A stretch of DNA of 64,000 nt from Candidatus Acidiferrales bacterium (GTDB lineage: Bacteria; Acidobacteriota; Terriglobia; Acidiferrales; 2-02-FULL-67-57), in the NCBI GenBank assembly GCA_965247455.1, contig CBDFHE010000018.1:404566-468565 (forward strand), written 5' to 3'. The notes below the pieces were generated by a model, which had not been told where the DNA came from, searched no databases, and was given only the letters and a program-made list of their open reading frames with translations. Numbering within the stretch: the first letter of the stretch is position 1; the number at the start of each line of letters is the position of its first letter. The translations under genes and the position numbers were made by a program. Below, in pieces: positions 48,992-59,125 of this stretch.

Positions 48992-51900
48992 TTACCGCTT
49001 GTCTTTCCGCCGATAGTTGAAGCGGAAAGAAGGCGCAGCCCGGCCCGAAACCGGGCGGGTGTTGTAGTCCAATTGATACTTCAGATGCGCCTCGCCCGGT
49101 GGATAGCCTTTCGTAGATGGATAGGGGTAGCGGCCCATGTCATGGAACGGCAGCGGATCGACGGTGAGCGCGTGCGCCTCGTAGAAGTCCATGTCCTTCA
49201 CGAAGCCATCGGCAAAAAAGAAGTAGTCGCGCGCCCACCCCGCCGGCAGCGGCGGCAAGCGCGACGGGTCAAACTCCAACGCCACCTCCTCGCCCGTGCC
49301 GAAAATGGCAAACCGGTCCTCGGCCTCCGCCAGCAGCGCGCGTACGTCGCCCGTGCGGGTGTAGTTTCCGATGTGCTGCGCGAAAGGACCGGTCGGGCTG
49401 ACCTCTTCATAAACGTAATCGAGATCGCCGGGCGGATTCCCCTCCACTTGCCGCGGATAGCCCAGAAAGCGGAGCGTGGCTTCGGCCAGTGGAACCTCCG
49501 TCAGCCGCACGGGAGCGCCGTCGGCGGTGTTGTCCACCAAAATCTGATCCCAATAAATCTGCAAGTTGGTCACCAGGCGGATGCGCCGCGTGCCCGCCGG
49601 CAAGCGGCCCGTCAGGTCGGCCACCATCGTGCGCGCCAGCCCGGCCGGGAAGCCCATGTCGTCCACCACCCGCACCCAGCGTCCCTCGCCGTCGAGCGCT
49701 TCGACATAGGGCACGATCACCTGCACGCCCGCCTGGTGCGCCGCGTACATCGAGTTGGCACTGAAATACTCAGTGAAGCCGTGCAGCAGAAGCCGCAAAG
49801 GCCGGGAGGCATCCCACCTGCCCAGGCCCAACTCCAGGCTGTGCAGCTCTGCGAAGCCGGCGAAGGAAAGCAGCTCAAAGCCGGTGACGTAGCGACGGTC
49901 GCGGTGCAGCAACTCTTCCCGCACGTCGCGCCCGCGCTCGTCCCACGCGCCCACCGGCGCATGCGCCCCCCGGCTGGCAATGACCTTGAAGGCCGGAAAG
50001 GGCGGCTGGCTGGCGAAATACTCGTTGGGATAGACAGCCACGTCCGCCGGATGGTCCACAGCCAGCAGCCGAACCTGATCGAGATAGATCAACTCCTCCA
50101 TCGGTTCAAGAAAGCGGAAGCTCAGCCGGCCCTGGCGCGGCTGCACGCGCGCGCCCTCCACCTTGACGTACTCGTCCGGGTCGGAAATGTTGCGTTCGCC
50201 GGGAGCCACCCAGTGGCCCACCACCGCCGATCCGATGACGTCGCTCACCAGTTCGTAGCGGCTACCGTTCCAGACGAACAGAACCGGGCAAGAACTTCCG
50301 CGGCGGTCAATTTCATCGATGGCGTGGCGTCCGCGCGCGGCCAACTCCAACTCATCCTGCAACACTCCCGTGGGCCAGCGCAGCCGCAGGATGTCGGCTG
50401 CCGATGCGCGGCCGAGCCCGGCGGTCACTTCCATCGCGCTCTGCCCCAGGTAGCCGGAGGCCGCCTGCACTTCCCACTTCTGCCAGAGAGCGCCGGCGAA
50501 GACTTCCACCTTGGTCCCGATGGCGCTCTTGTTGTCGGCCAAACCTTTCAGCGCCACGCGCAGCCAGGCGTTGCGGTTGCCGCCCTCGTTGCGCAACAAG
50601 CGCACCGGCCCGCCGTTCTGCGTCACCAACAGGTCGGTGTCGCCGTCGCCATCGTAGTCGGCGGTGATCAGCGCCCGTGGACGTTGGAGCTCTACGTCGG
50701 CCAGCGCCACCTCCGAGGTTACATCCTCAAAACCTTTCGGCCCCAGGTTGCGCAGCAGGCGAATCTCCGATTTCTCGCCCGCCTCACCCACCGCAACCAA
50801 GTCCAGCCAACCATCGTTGTCGTAGTCAAGCGCGGCCACACCCCAGCCGCGCACCCAGCCCACAGACGGCAAAGCCACCACATCAAATCGCCTGCCCTCG
50901 ACGTTGCGCCACAAGCTCAATCCCGGCTTGCCCCAATGAGTGAAGGCCAAGTCCATCCAGCCGTCTTTATTGAAGTCGAACACCGCTACGCCGGCCGTAG
51001 GCGCCGGCATGGGCGCCGCCCAGAGTTCGAGCGCCGGGAATTCACCCTCGCGCGGGTTGGCAAAGATGGTGGGAGCGTTTCCCAGGCCGGTCAGCAGCAA
51101 GTCAATCGCGCGATCGTTGTTGAAGTCGGTGCCCACAGCGGCCACACTCGGGGCCGCGCTGGCCAACCCGGTCGGCTTCGTCCAGTCGGTGAAAGTCCCG
51201 TTGCCGTTGTTGCGCCACAACACGTTGCCAGCCGAAATAACATCCACAGGAAGTTCAAACGGTTGGCGGCCGCCGGGCCAGGAAAAGTTGACGAAGCGCG
51301 TCACGTAGAGGTCGAGGTCGCCGTCGTGGTCGTAGTCCAGGAAAGTTAAACCCAGCGGCAGCCCATCGGTGCGAATGCCGACCTCGGGCGCGATATCAAC
51401 AAAGGTGCCATCCCCTCGATTGCGAAACAGAGCGACACGACCGAGAAAGCTGACCGCCAGGTCAGTCCAGCCATCGTTGTCGTAGTCGGCGGCCGTGCAG
51501 CCCATCCCGGTGCCAACCGCGTCCAGGCGCGCCTTGCGCGTGACCTCCGCGAAACGTCCACCGCCGCCATTCCGGTAGAGCGCGCCGGCAGCCTCCTTGC
51601 CGCTATTGACCAGAAACAAATCGGTGCGCCCGTCGCCGTCGTAGTCAAAGAAGCAAGCGCCCGAACCGAGAAAAGATGCGATGGTTCCTTGCGCTGGATG
51701 ACTCGCGCTGGCTTCGCTCTCGGAAAAAGGCGCGCCACCGTGCCGGAAGCCCAGCCCGGCCTCCTCGGCCGCGGGCACGAAACGCACCCGGATCGCCGCC
51801 GCCACCGCCTCCGGAGCACGGGTGACCTGCTCGGCCCGGGAGTGCTTTCCCTGGTCGCCGTAGGCCAAACTCATGGGCGCGCCCAGGTTCTCCTGCGTCA

Positions 51901-52492
51901 GGTGTTGAAAACGTGCCAGGTGCTGTCGAGCTTGCGCCGAATCTCCCAGGCGCTGGTAGGCGCGCGCCAGTCCGAACTCGGCTGAGACGTGAAAGGGGTT
52001 CAGCGCCAGGGTGGCTTGGAAAGCGGCGATGGCCGGCTCATACCGCTGAAGCTGCGCGCGCAGCAGCCCCAGGAAATAATGGGTATCGGCATCCTTCGCG
52101 TCAAGTTGCGCGACCCGCTGGAAAGCTTCCAGCGCCGCCTCGGTTTCGCCCAGGTTTTTATAGAGCAAGCCCAGGTTGTACCAGGCCCGCGCGTTTCCCG
52201 GCTCTTGCTTGCCTGCCTCAAGCAAAGCCACGCGCGCGGCGTCGAAGCGCTGCAAGTTGAGCAAGGCAATGCCCTGGTTGAGCCGCGCGGTGTGGAGTTC
52301 GGGATTCACCTCGTAAGCCTGCTCGAACTGCTCCAGCGCTTGCGCAAAGCGCTGCTGGTTCATATAGGCCACGCCCAGGTTGTTGAGCCGGATGGCTTCC
52401 TCAGCGGGCCGGGATTCCGGCATACGGGCCGAGGCAATGAGTCCCAGCCCCAGAACCGCCAGGACCGCATACCGCCACCAGAAAAGACGCAT
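48992..52492 (-). CDS. TPR + FG-GAP/VCBS beta-propeller + ASPIC/UnbV (CRTAC1-family) protein with ~440-aa C-terminal extension
   Basis: Signal/TM, about 5 TPRs, FG-GAP repeats (FFDYDGDGRTDLFLVNSG, ADYDNDGWTDLAV, LDYDHDGDLDLYV, DFNNDRAIDLLL, ALDYDNDGWLDLV, ADYDGDGDTDLLV) and an UnbV_ASPIC segment (NAWLRVALKG..SAIGTKVEV.....ASGYLGQS). Confidence 0.85.
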   Translation of the reverse strand: MRLFWWRYAVLAVLGLGLIASARMPESRPAEEAIRLNNLGVAYMNQQRFAQALEQFEQAYEVNPELHTARLNQGIALLNLQRFDAARVALLEAGKQEPGNARAWYNLGLLYKNLGETEAALEAFQRVAQLDAKDADTHYFLGLLRAQLQRYEPAIAAFQATLALNPFHVSAEFGLARAYQRLGDSAQARQHLARFQHLTQENLGAPMSLAYGDQGKHSRAEQVTRAPEAVAAAIRVRFVPAAEEAGLGFRHGGAPFSESEASASHPAQGTIASFLGSGACFFDYDGDGRTDLFLVNSGKEAAGALYRNGGGGRFAEVTRKARLDAVGTGMGCTAADYDNDGWTDLAVSFLGRVALFRNRGDGTFVDIAPEVGIRTDGLPLGLTFLDYDHDGDLDLYVTRFVNFSWPGGRQPFELPVDVISAGNVLWRNNGNGTFTDWTKPTGLASAAPSVAAVGTDFNNDRAIDLLLTGLGNAPTIFANPREGEFPALELWAAPMPAPTAGVAVFDFNKDGWMDLAFTHWGKPGLSLWRNVEGRRFDVVALPSVGWVRGWGVAALDYDNDGWLDLVAVGEAGEKSEIRLLRNLGPKGFEDVTSEVALADVELQRPRALITADYDGDGDTDLLVTQNGGPVRLLRNEGGNRNAWLRVALKGLADNKSAIGTKVEVFAGALWQKWEVQAASGYLGQSAMEVTAGLGRASAADILRLRWPTGVLQDELELAARGRHAIDEIDRRGSSCPVLFVWNGSRYELVSDVIGSAVVGHWVAPGERNISDPDEYVKVEGARVQPRQGRLSFRFLEPMEELIYLDQVRLLAVDHPADVAVYPNEYFASQPPFPAFKVIASRGAHAPVGAWDERGRDVREELLHRDRRYVTGFELLSFAGFAELHSLELGLGRWDASRPLRLLLHGFTEYFSANSMYAAHQAGVQVIVPYVEALDGEGRWVRVVDDMGFPAGLARTMVADLTGRLPAGTRRIRLVTNLQIYWDQILVDNTADGAPVRLTEVPLAEATLRFLGYPRQVEGNPPGDLDYVYEEVSPTGPFAQHIGNYTRTGDVRALLAEAEDRFAIFGTGEEVALEFDPSRLPPLPAGWARDYFFFADGFVKDMDFYEAHALTVDPLPFHDMGRYPYPSTKGYPPGEAHLKYQLDYNTRPVSGRAAPSFRFNYRRKDKR

Positions 52493-52514
52493 TGATTCCC
52501 CCTTTGCGTTCTGC

Positions 52515-54206
52515 CTACTTCTTGCGGAATGGCTGGGCGCTCAGCAAGCCTTCGCCTTCCTTGACGGTAATCATCTGGCCGGCGGCTACGTTAGCCAGGC
52601 GGTCCACCCGGCCGCTCGGCCAGCGCACTTCCACCGCCTCCGCCTTGGCCTGCGATCCCAGGCCGAAAGTGAGCACCAACTCGCTCTGCGAAAGATAGCT
52701 TGACCCGCTCCGCAACATCCGCCACTGCTGCTCCCCGCCCGCACTCACCCGTACCACCGCGCCCAACCCGTTGCGGTTGGACTGCGTCCCTACCAAGCGA
52801 ACGCGCAGGCTGCGGTTCGTGCCCCCGTCGTTGCGGAACAAGAGGGCGCGCCCGCCGTTGGTCGTGACCAGCAGGTCGAGGTCGCCGTCGTTGTCAATGT
52901 CGGCGTAGGCGGTGCCGCGGGCCACGCGGGCGGCGGCGAACGCTCGGCCCAGCGAAGCGGTTACCTCCTCGAATTTCCCCTCCCCCAGGTTGCGGAACAG
53001 GTGCGCCGGCTGCTTGTACTTCACCCGCGTCTGCACCTGCTCAATCCCAACTTCGATGTGCCCGTTGGCGACATAGATGTCCAGCCAGCCGTCCAGGTCG
53101 TAGTCGAAGAAAAAGCAGCCGAACCCGAGCGTGAGCAGGCTGGCGCGGCCCACCTCCGAGCGCGGCGCCTCGTCCACAAACAGTCCCGTGCCTTCGTTGT
53201 GGTAAAGAGCCAGCATCTGGTTGGAGAAGTTGCTGACCAGGAGGCTGGGATAGCCGGAGCGGTCGTAGTCCGCCGCGTCCACTCCCATCCCCGCCCGCGC
53301 TACGCCGTCTTCACTGAAAGCGATGCCGGCCAGCATCCCTTTCTCGGTAAAGGTGCCATCGCTGTTGTTGCGGTAGAGCTTGTCGGGCTCAGTGTCATTG
53401 GCAACCAGCACGTCGGGCCAATCGTCCTGGTCGTAATCGAGGATGGTGACACCCAGTCCTTTCGCGGTGGAATCCAACAGCCCCGCCGTGCGCGTGATGT
53501 CCTCAAAGGTTCCGTCGCCGCGGTTGCGCCACAGCCGAGGGGAAACTCCCTTGTAGGACTCCGGCGTGCAGTACGACTTGCTTTTCCCGTCCAGGGTGCA
53601 AAACAAATCATTTTCGGGCGACCACTGCACGTAGTTGGCGACCAACAGGTCCAGGTGGCCGTCGCGGTCGTAGTCGAGCCAAGCGGCGCTGCTGCTGAAC
53701 TCCTCCCGGCCCCACAGGCCGGCCGCGCGCGTAACGTCTTCGAAGGTGCCGTCACCCTGGTTGCGGAACAAGCGGTTCCGGCCCAGCGCGCTCACAAACA
53801 AGTCGTCGTTGCCGTCGTTGTCGTAATCGCCCACCGCGACGCCCATGCCGTAGATCACAATCGCCAAACCGGCCCGGCGGGTGACGTCCGTAAAGGTGCC
53901 GTCGCCCTGGTTACGGTAGAGCTTGGGAGTCGAGCGCCGCCGAGGCTGGCCCGGCCAGCTTTTTCCATTCACCAGGAAAATGTCCTGCCAGCCGTCGTGG
54001 TCAAAGTCAATGAAGGCGCAGCCCGGCCCCATGGTTTCCGGCAGGTACTTCTTTCCGGTGGCGCCGCTGTTGTGCACGAAGCGCAGCCCAGCGGCCTGCG
54101 TAACGTCGCGGAAGTTCGCAGAAGCAGGCGGGGCGGCAGCCACTCCCCACGCCGCCATGCCAAGGGCGGCACCCAGCAGCAGTCCTGAGCCAAGGATCGA
54201 GCGCAT
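52515..54206 (-). CDS. FG-GAP beta-propeller + ASPIC/UnbV (CRTAC1-family) protein
   Basis: Signal peptide, seven FG-GAP repeats (FIDFDHDGWQDIFLVNG ... ADIDNDGDLDLLVTTNGG) and UnbV_ASPIC (NRSLRVRLVGTQSNRNGLGAVVRV..SGSSYLSQSE). The start overlaps the upstream stop by 1 nt. Confidence 0.85.
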   Translation of the reverse strand: MRSILGSGLLLGAALGMAAWGVAAAPPASANFRDVTQAAGLRFVHNSGATGKKYLPETMGPGCAFIDFDHDGWQDIFLVNGKSWPGQPRRRSTPKLYRNQGDGTFTDVTRRAGLAIVIYGMGVAVGDYDNDGNDDLFVSALGRNRLFRNQGDGTFEDVTRAAGLWGREEFSSSAAWLDYDRDGHLDLLVANYVQWSPENDLFCTLDGKSKSYCTPESYKGVSPRLWRNRGDGTFEDITRTAGLLDSTAKGLGVTILDYDQDDWPDVLVANDTEPDKLYRNNSDGTFTEKGMLAGIAFSEDGVARAGMGVDAADYDRSGYPSLLVSNFSNQMLALYHNEGTGLFVDEAPRSEVGRASLLTLGFGCFFFDYDLDGWLDIYVANGHIEVGIEQVQTRVKYKQPAHLFRNLGEGKFEEVTASLGRAFAAARVARGTAYADIDNDGDLDLLVTTNGGRALLFRNDGGTNRSLRVRLVGTQSNRNGLGAVVRVSAGGEQQWRMLRSGSSYLSQSELVLTFGLGSQAKAEAVEVRWPSGRVDRLANVAAGQMITVKEGEGLLSAQPFRKK

Positions 54207-57031
54207 CAGTCGTCGGCCCCGCTTCGGGCCGACGCGGGGCTGCCCGCTCGATAGGGTAGCCGCAGGCCGCGCAATTTGTCGAGCGGAACCGACACGTGCT
54301 CGTGGATGGGCTGGCGCTCGTTGTTGTCTTCGGGATGCTGCCGGCGGTAGGGCCCGGTGATGGCCTGGGCCGACTCGTCGGCTTTGAAGCGCAGGTAGCG
54401 CTGCTGGTGCTCCAGAGCGCGCTCCTCCTTTCCCAGCCCGTTGTAGCAGAGCATCAAGTTGTAGTGCGCCTGCAAGTTTTCCGGGTCAATGGTGAGCACG
54501 TACTCAAACTCCTTGACCGCCTGAGCGTAGTTCCGTTGGAGGAAAAGAATCCGACCGATTCCATTCCGCACCACCCGGTCACGGGGATATTGCTCCGCGA
54601 CTCGGCGCAGGTGGCTGAGCGCATCGTCGTAGCGCCCTTCGGCGCGCAGGACTTTGGCAAAAAAGAACTGTGCCCTCGCCAGCTCCGGGCGCAAGGCCAG
54701 CGCCCGCTCCAGCACCTCCCGCGCCCCCTCCACACTCCCTTCCTGGACGCGGGCCCGGCCGATGTTGACCCAACCGTCCGGGTTGTCGGGATCAATTTCG
54801 GTGGCTTGCAAGAATGCGGCTTCGGCGCCCTTCAGGTCGCCCTGCAACAATAAACCGATGCCGTAGTCGTTCCAGCGCTCCCAATCTTCCGAGCTCAGCA
54901 CTGTGCGCGGCTCCGGCGCACTGGTCGCGCGTGGCACAACCCGCAGCGTCACTTCGTCCTCGGCCAGCGTCACAATAGGCAGGTCGGGAATGCCTTTGAC
55001 CACACCGGACACCGCCGACGTATCACCGGTAAACACCCAAGCACCATCGTCGTAATCGGCTGTCACGTCCGGATTGGGCCGGCTTGGGTCGCGCACGCCG
55101 GCAAAAGCGAACTGCGTGTTCCACCAAGCGAACTTCCGGTAGTGCAGGCGCGCCTGCAACTTGATCTCATCCCCCGCCTGGTCTGGAATGCGCAATCGAA
55201 AGTGGACGGTGTCGGCCGCGCCGGGCGGAATCAGGCGAACGTACACCAGCGCCCGCGTGGCCCAGGCGTTGCGCTTGTTGATGGGATTTCCGTGCGCGTC
55301 CACCATCAGGGAACGGTAGAAGTGCGCACCCTGTTCCACCGGACCCTTTCCGCCGTCTTCAACCATTCCGCTCCAGAAAAGCACCCGGCCTCTCTCGTCG
55401 GTGGCCACCAGTTCCAGCCACAAGTCGTAGGCGTCCACCGTTCCGCCGGGAAAAAAGTGGCCGACGGTGCGGGTGCGGACGACCACATCAATGCGTACGG
55501 TGTCGCCGCGCCGGACCACAGGCTCGGCCCGGTCGAGCGGCGCCGTCACCGGGGCGGCCGGAGCAATTTGGCTGGGCGCCGCTGCTTCGGCTTCTTCGCC
55601 GACAGCAAAGGTAGTGGCAAGTTGGCCGCGCACCTCAGCGACCGCCTCGACCACCGGCCCAGCCGGACTGAGCGCGAAGATATCCACACTGACGATGTTG
55701 CTCTGAAGAAAATTCTTCGTGACCTCCAATTGAGCAGCGTCCCGGTTGGCCACCGGCAGGGCGGTGTTGGCGGCCGGAAAACGGTGGGAATGGACCAAGC
55801 CGTTGACGTTGCCGTCGTCGCCGGAGGGCACCAGCGGCATGTGGCAGTCCGTGCACTTCTGCGGTTGGGGCGGATAGTAAAACGACCGTGCGCCCTGCCC
55901 GGAAACGCCGCTGGCCTGCCAGTTGTCGTACTCGTTGAAGCCGCGAATCCAACGGTAGTGGTTGACCGGCACGTCTAGGTGGACTTTGTGGCAGGTGGAG
56001 CAATACTCCGCCGTCTGCTCGCGCATGAACGGCTTCATGAAAACGCGGCGATGCGGTTCCGGATTGACCTTGACCAGGAAGTCGTGCAGGGTGCGCACGA
56101 CCGGATTCTCGCTCGTCACAAAATCATGCAGGGCCGGATATTCCAGCACGTAGTCGCCCTGCCCGGTGGTGCTCTTCACCGCCACTATCGCGTGGCAGGC
56201 CACACAGCCGAGGCCGGCATGCGCTTCCGGCCGGTCAATGTTCTCGCGGATGGGCGTGTCCATCATCCCGCTGAAGAGCAGCGCCGGGTCGTGGCAGCCG
56301 CCGCACCACTTCGAGGGCTGCGGGCCTACCACGTCCTGCATGTACTCGACGCTCTTGCGGTACCACTGGTTGTTGAAGGAGGCAAAGCGGTGCGCGGAGC
56401 TGGCCCACTGCTGGTAGATATCGGCGTGGCAGCGCTGACAACCCTCCGACTCCAGGAAGAACCGGGCGGGGATAAGTCCTCCGTGGGCGGTCTGAGCCGA
56501 ACTGGGAAAGAAAGGGCCCTCGGGGCCGTCGCCCTCGCCTTCCATCGAAGCAGGCGGCATGGGGGAATTTTTAATTTGGTAGCTGCGCTGCCAACGCAGT
56601 TCGCGCAAGGCCCAAGCCGAACCGGCCAGCGCGACGGTGGCTGCCAGCAGCGCCGCCACGGCAACCACTCGATTCGAGCGGAACCAACCTCGACCACAGG
56701 CCCATTCTGCGGCCAGGACAATCAGGCCGGCGAGACTCAAGGCAATGTGAGCGTAGAGCCAGGGCTGATAGGGACGTAGGGTGCCGGTGAAAACCAGTGC
56801 CACGCCCAGCGCCGCGCCCACCGCCAGCATCCCCCAACCGAAGCGCACCGGAGGGGAAGCTTGCCGGAGCAGACGCAGCAGCTCGCGCACCAACACCGCT
56901 GCCAGAACAACACCGGCAGCGAGATGCAGAAGGACGCCCAAGGCGTAGGGCACCGTGGCCGACGGAAAGGCATAGAGATAGCCGCCCGAGAAAAACAGCA
57001 GAGCCAGCAGGATGGTATGAGACCTCTTCAT
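54206..57031 (-). CDS. membrane-anchored pentaheme c-type cytochrome fused to C-terminal TPR repeats
   Basis: About five N-terminal TM helices. Five CxxCH motifs (CQRCH, CGGCH, CVACH, CSTCH, CTDCH). C-terminal TPRs (..GWVNIGRARVQEGSVEGAREVLERALALRPE..). ATG 57031 was chosen; the ORF opens at 57088. Confidence 0.8.
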   Translation of the reverse strand: MKRSHTILLALLFFSGGYLYAFPSATVPYALGVLLHLAAGVVLAAVLVRELLRLLRQASPPVRFGWGMLAVGAALGVALVFTGTLRPYQPWLYAHIALSLAGLIVLAAEWACGRGWFRSNRVVAVAALLAATVALAGSAWALRELRWQRSYQIKNSPMPPASMEGEGDGPEGPFFPSSAQTAHGGLIPARFFLESEGCQRCHADIYQQWASSAHRFASFNNQWYRKSVEYMQDVVGPQPSKWCGGCHDPALLFSGMMDTPIRENIDRPEAHAGLGCVACHAIVAVKSTTGQGDYVLEYPALHDFVTSENPVVRTLHDFLVKVNPEPHRRVFMKPFMREQTAEYCSTCHKVHLDVPVNHYRWIRGFNEYDNWQASGVSGQGARSFYYPPQPQKCTDCHMPLVPSGDDGNVNGLVHSHRFPAANTALPVANRDAAQLEVTKNFLQSNIVSVDIFALSPAGPVVEAVAEVRGQLATTFAVGEEAEAAAPSQIAPAAPVTAPLDRAEPVVRRGDTVRIDVVVRTRTVGHFFPGGTVDAYDLWLELVATDERGRVLFWSGMVEDGGKGPVEQGAHFYRSLMVDAHGNPINKRNAWATRALVYVRLIPPGAADTVHFRLRIPDQAGDEIKLQARLHYRKFAWWNTQFAFAGVRDPSRPNPDVTADYDDGAWVFTGDTSAVSGVVKGIPDLPIVTLAEDEVTLRVVPRATSAPEPRTVLSSEDWERWNDYGIGLLLQGDLKGAEAAFLQATEIDPDNPDGWVNIGRARVQEGSVEGAREVLERALALRPELARAQFFFAKVLRAEGRYDDALSHLRRVAEQYPRDRVVRNGIGRILFLQRNYAQAVKEFEYVLTIDPENLQAHYNLMLCYNGLGKEERALEHQQRYLRFKADESAQAITGPYRRQHPEDNNERQPIHEHVSVPLDKLRGLRLPYRAGSPASARSGADD

Positions 57032-57168
57032 CAGAGCGACCTGTGCTGAGGCAAGGGACTGACTGCCGTGCGCCCGACGCAGCCCCACAGAAAAATAGTC
57101 TTGCCTCTGGGACGGCGAGAAGTCAAGGCGAAGGCTCCCTGGCCACCTCTTTCGAGCCGTTCACCATT

Positions 57169-58593
57169 CTATGCGGGACTGACGCTGTTGCCGAGGGGCG
57201 GCGCCTGCCGGCCTCCACACTGCTGTTCAATCTTGGCTGCGATCGCCAGCACGACTTCTTCCTCGTAGGGCCGGCCGACGACTTGCACTCCGATGGGCAG
57301 GCCCTCGGGCGAACGGCCCACCGGAACCACAACGCCGGGATTGCCCAACAGGTTAAACCAGGGCGTGTAGCTCATTGCGTCCAGATAGGAAATTGACTGG
57401 CTGTTGATTGTCCAGGCGCGTTCGCCGTGGCGGAAAGCCGGAACCGCACAGACCGGGCAGAGCAGCACGGGGAATTTCTCCATCTGCTCGGCCAGGCCAA
57501 TCACCAGTTGGTCGCGTTCTATCCAGGCATTGAGCAGCTCCTCAGCCGTGAGCAGGGGCGCTTGAAGCGCATACTGCATCAGGGTAGGAACCTGGTTCGA
57601 TGCGCGCCCCTCAAACTCCTGCCCCAAAAGCGTCCTAGCCCCGAAACCAAGGAACAGCCACAACAACTGTCGCGCCCGCTCCAGTCCCTCCGGCCGGAAA
57701 GGCACCACCTCGAAGCCCTGCTGCTTCAGCGTCTCGGCTGCTGTGCGGACAGCCGCCCGCGTTTCCGGCGTGACCGGCGTGCGGCCGTCGTCCTCGAAGT
57801 AGCCGATGCGAATCTTGTGCACCTCTGCATCGCTCAAACGGCGCAGCGGCACGGGCGCGGCGCAGGCGTCACCTTTATCGGGCCCGGCCATCGCTTCGAA
57901 AAGGAGATGAAGATCGGCGACGGTGCGGGCCAGAGGGCCGACTACTCCCAGCAAGGCGAAGGGCCCCAGGGAAGGAGGGTAATGGCCGGTGGCCGGGATG
58001 CGGCCCGGCGTCGGCTTCAGGCCGCAGACGCCGCTGAAATGGGCGGGAACTCGGATGGAGCCAGCCCCGTCGCTGCCAACTCCTCCGGCGGAGCAGCCGG
58101 CGGCGATTGCCGCCGCCTCGCCCCCGCTCGAACCGCCCGGCGTGCGTTCCAGGTCCCACGGACTATTGGTTCTTCCGTAGAGGAGATTATCGGTCTCGAA
58201 GGCCATGAGCATCTCGGGGACGTTGGTGTTGCCAAGCACGATTGCCCCCGCCGCCTTGAGCCGCGCCACCACGGGAGCGTCGGTTTCCGCCACATAGCCG
58301 GCGCGGAGCTTGCTGCCGGTCTCGCAGCGCAGGCCGGCGACGTCGATCGAACTCTTGATGGTTACGGGAACTCCGTGCAGCGGCCCCACGGTGGCGCCCT
58401 GCAGAACATCCACCTCCGCTTTGCGCGCGGCTTCGAGCGCGCGAGCGGAATCCACGGAAACAAAGGCATTCAGTTGCGGGTTGAACCGCTCGATCCGATC
58501 GAGGTGCGCTTGCACCAACTCAACTGGAGAGATTTTCTTGTCCCGAATCATCCGCGCCATTTCACGGGCGGAGCGATGCTTGAGAGAATCCAT
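57169..58593 (-). CDS. amidase (amidase-signature family)
   Basis: AS signature GGSSGGEAAAIAAG, catalytic-Lys region (GVPVTIKSSIDV). ATG 58593 is preceded by GGAGGGGAGGG; the ORF opens at 58761. Confidence 0.85.
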   Translation of the reverse strand: MDSLKHRSAREMARMIRDKKISPVELVQAHLDRIERFNPQLNAFVSVDSARALEAARKAEVDVLQGATVGPLHGVPVTIKSSIDVAGLRCETGSKLRAGYVAETDAPVVARLKAAGAIVLGNTNVPEMLMAFETDNLLYGRTNSPWDLERTPGGSSGGEAAAIAAGCSAGGVGSDGAGSIRVPAHFSGVCGLKPTPGRIPATGHYPPSLGPFALLGVVGPLARTVADLHLLFEAMAGPDKGDACAAPVPLRRLSDAEVHKIRIGYFEDDGRTPVTPETRAAVRTAAETLKQQGFEVVPFRPEGLERARQLLWLFLGFGARTLLGQEFEGRASNQVPTLMQYALQAPLLTAEELLNAWIERDQLVIGLAEQMEKFPVLLCPVCAVPAFRHGERAWTINSQSISYLDAMSYTPWFNLLGNPGVVVPVGRSPEGLPIGVQVVGRPYEEEVVLAIAAKIEQQCGGRQAPPLGNSVSPA

Positions 58594-59125
58594 ACCCTCC
58601 CCTCCAATCGCGATAGGACGCGAGTGTATCACGCGGTGGAGGCTTTTTCGGATCGCACACCGGCGAACAACGATGGAATCCGCAGCGGTTAAAGTACGAT
58701 TCTGGGGACAGCAGAAGAGAAAGTGGCGGGTGGGCCTATAAGCCGGATTCTGTCCAGGCAAGATCAGCTAAGTTGTTGCCAGCCCGCCAGTTCCTTCTAA
58801 TCTTCTTAGTTTTAACTGGTTATCAGTCTTTCTCCCCAATCTCTCTATTCTTTCGAGTCTACCTGGTTCCGCACATTCTGGACGCTAAATGGACGCTAAG
58901 CCTGCTCGCCCATTCGCTGCCTCGACTGTCTCAAAACCTGTGGTTTGGGACAGCCCGCCGTGTTGACTTGCCACGGGATGGGACAGAGGTGATCGGGGAT
59001 TTCTGTGTCGCAACGCTTCCGTCAGCAATCCTTACAACTTCAACATACGCAACCCCAGTGCTGTGATTCTTGAAGGAGAGAGCAGCGCAAAGTTGTAGGT
59101 GGAAAAACGGTTGTCCTACGAGCGC

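Noticed and set aside
58773-59066. 97-aa ORF in the AT-rich gap at the island border, and the short tandem GGACGCTAA x2 (58881-58901).
   Set aside because: There is no RBS and no recognisable domain, and the composition is atypical. The tandem is only two 9-12-nt units. Treated as non-coding border sequence.
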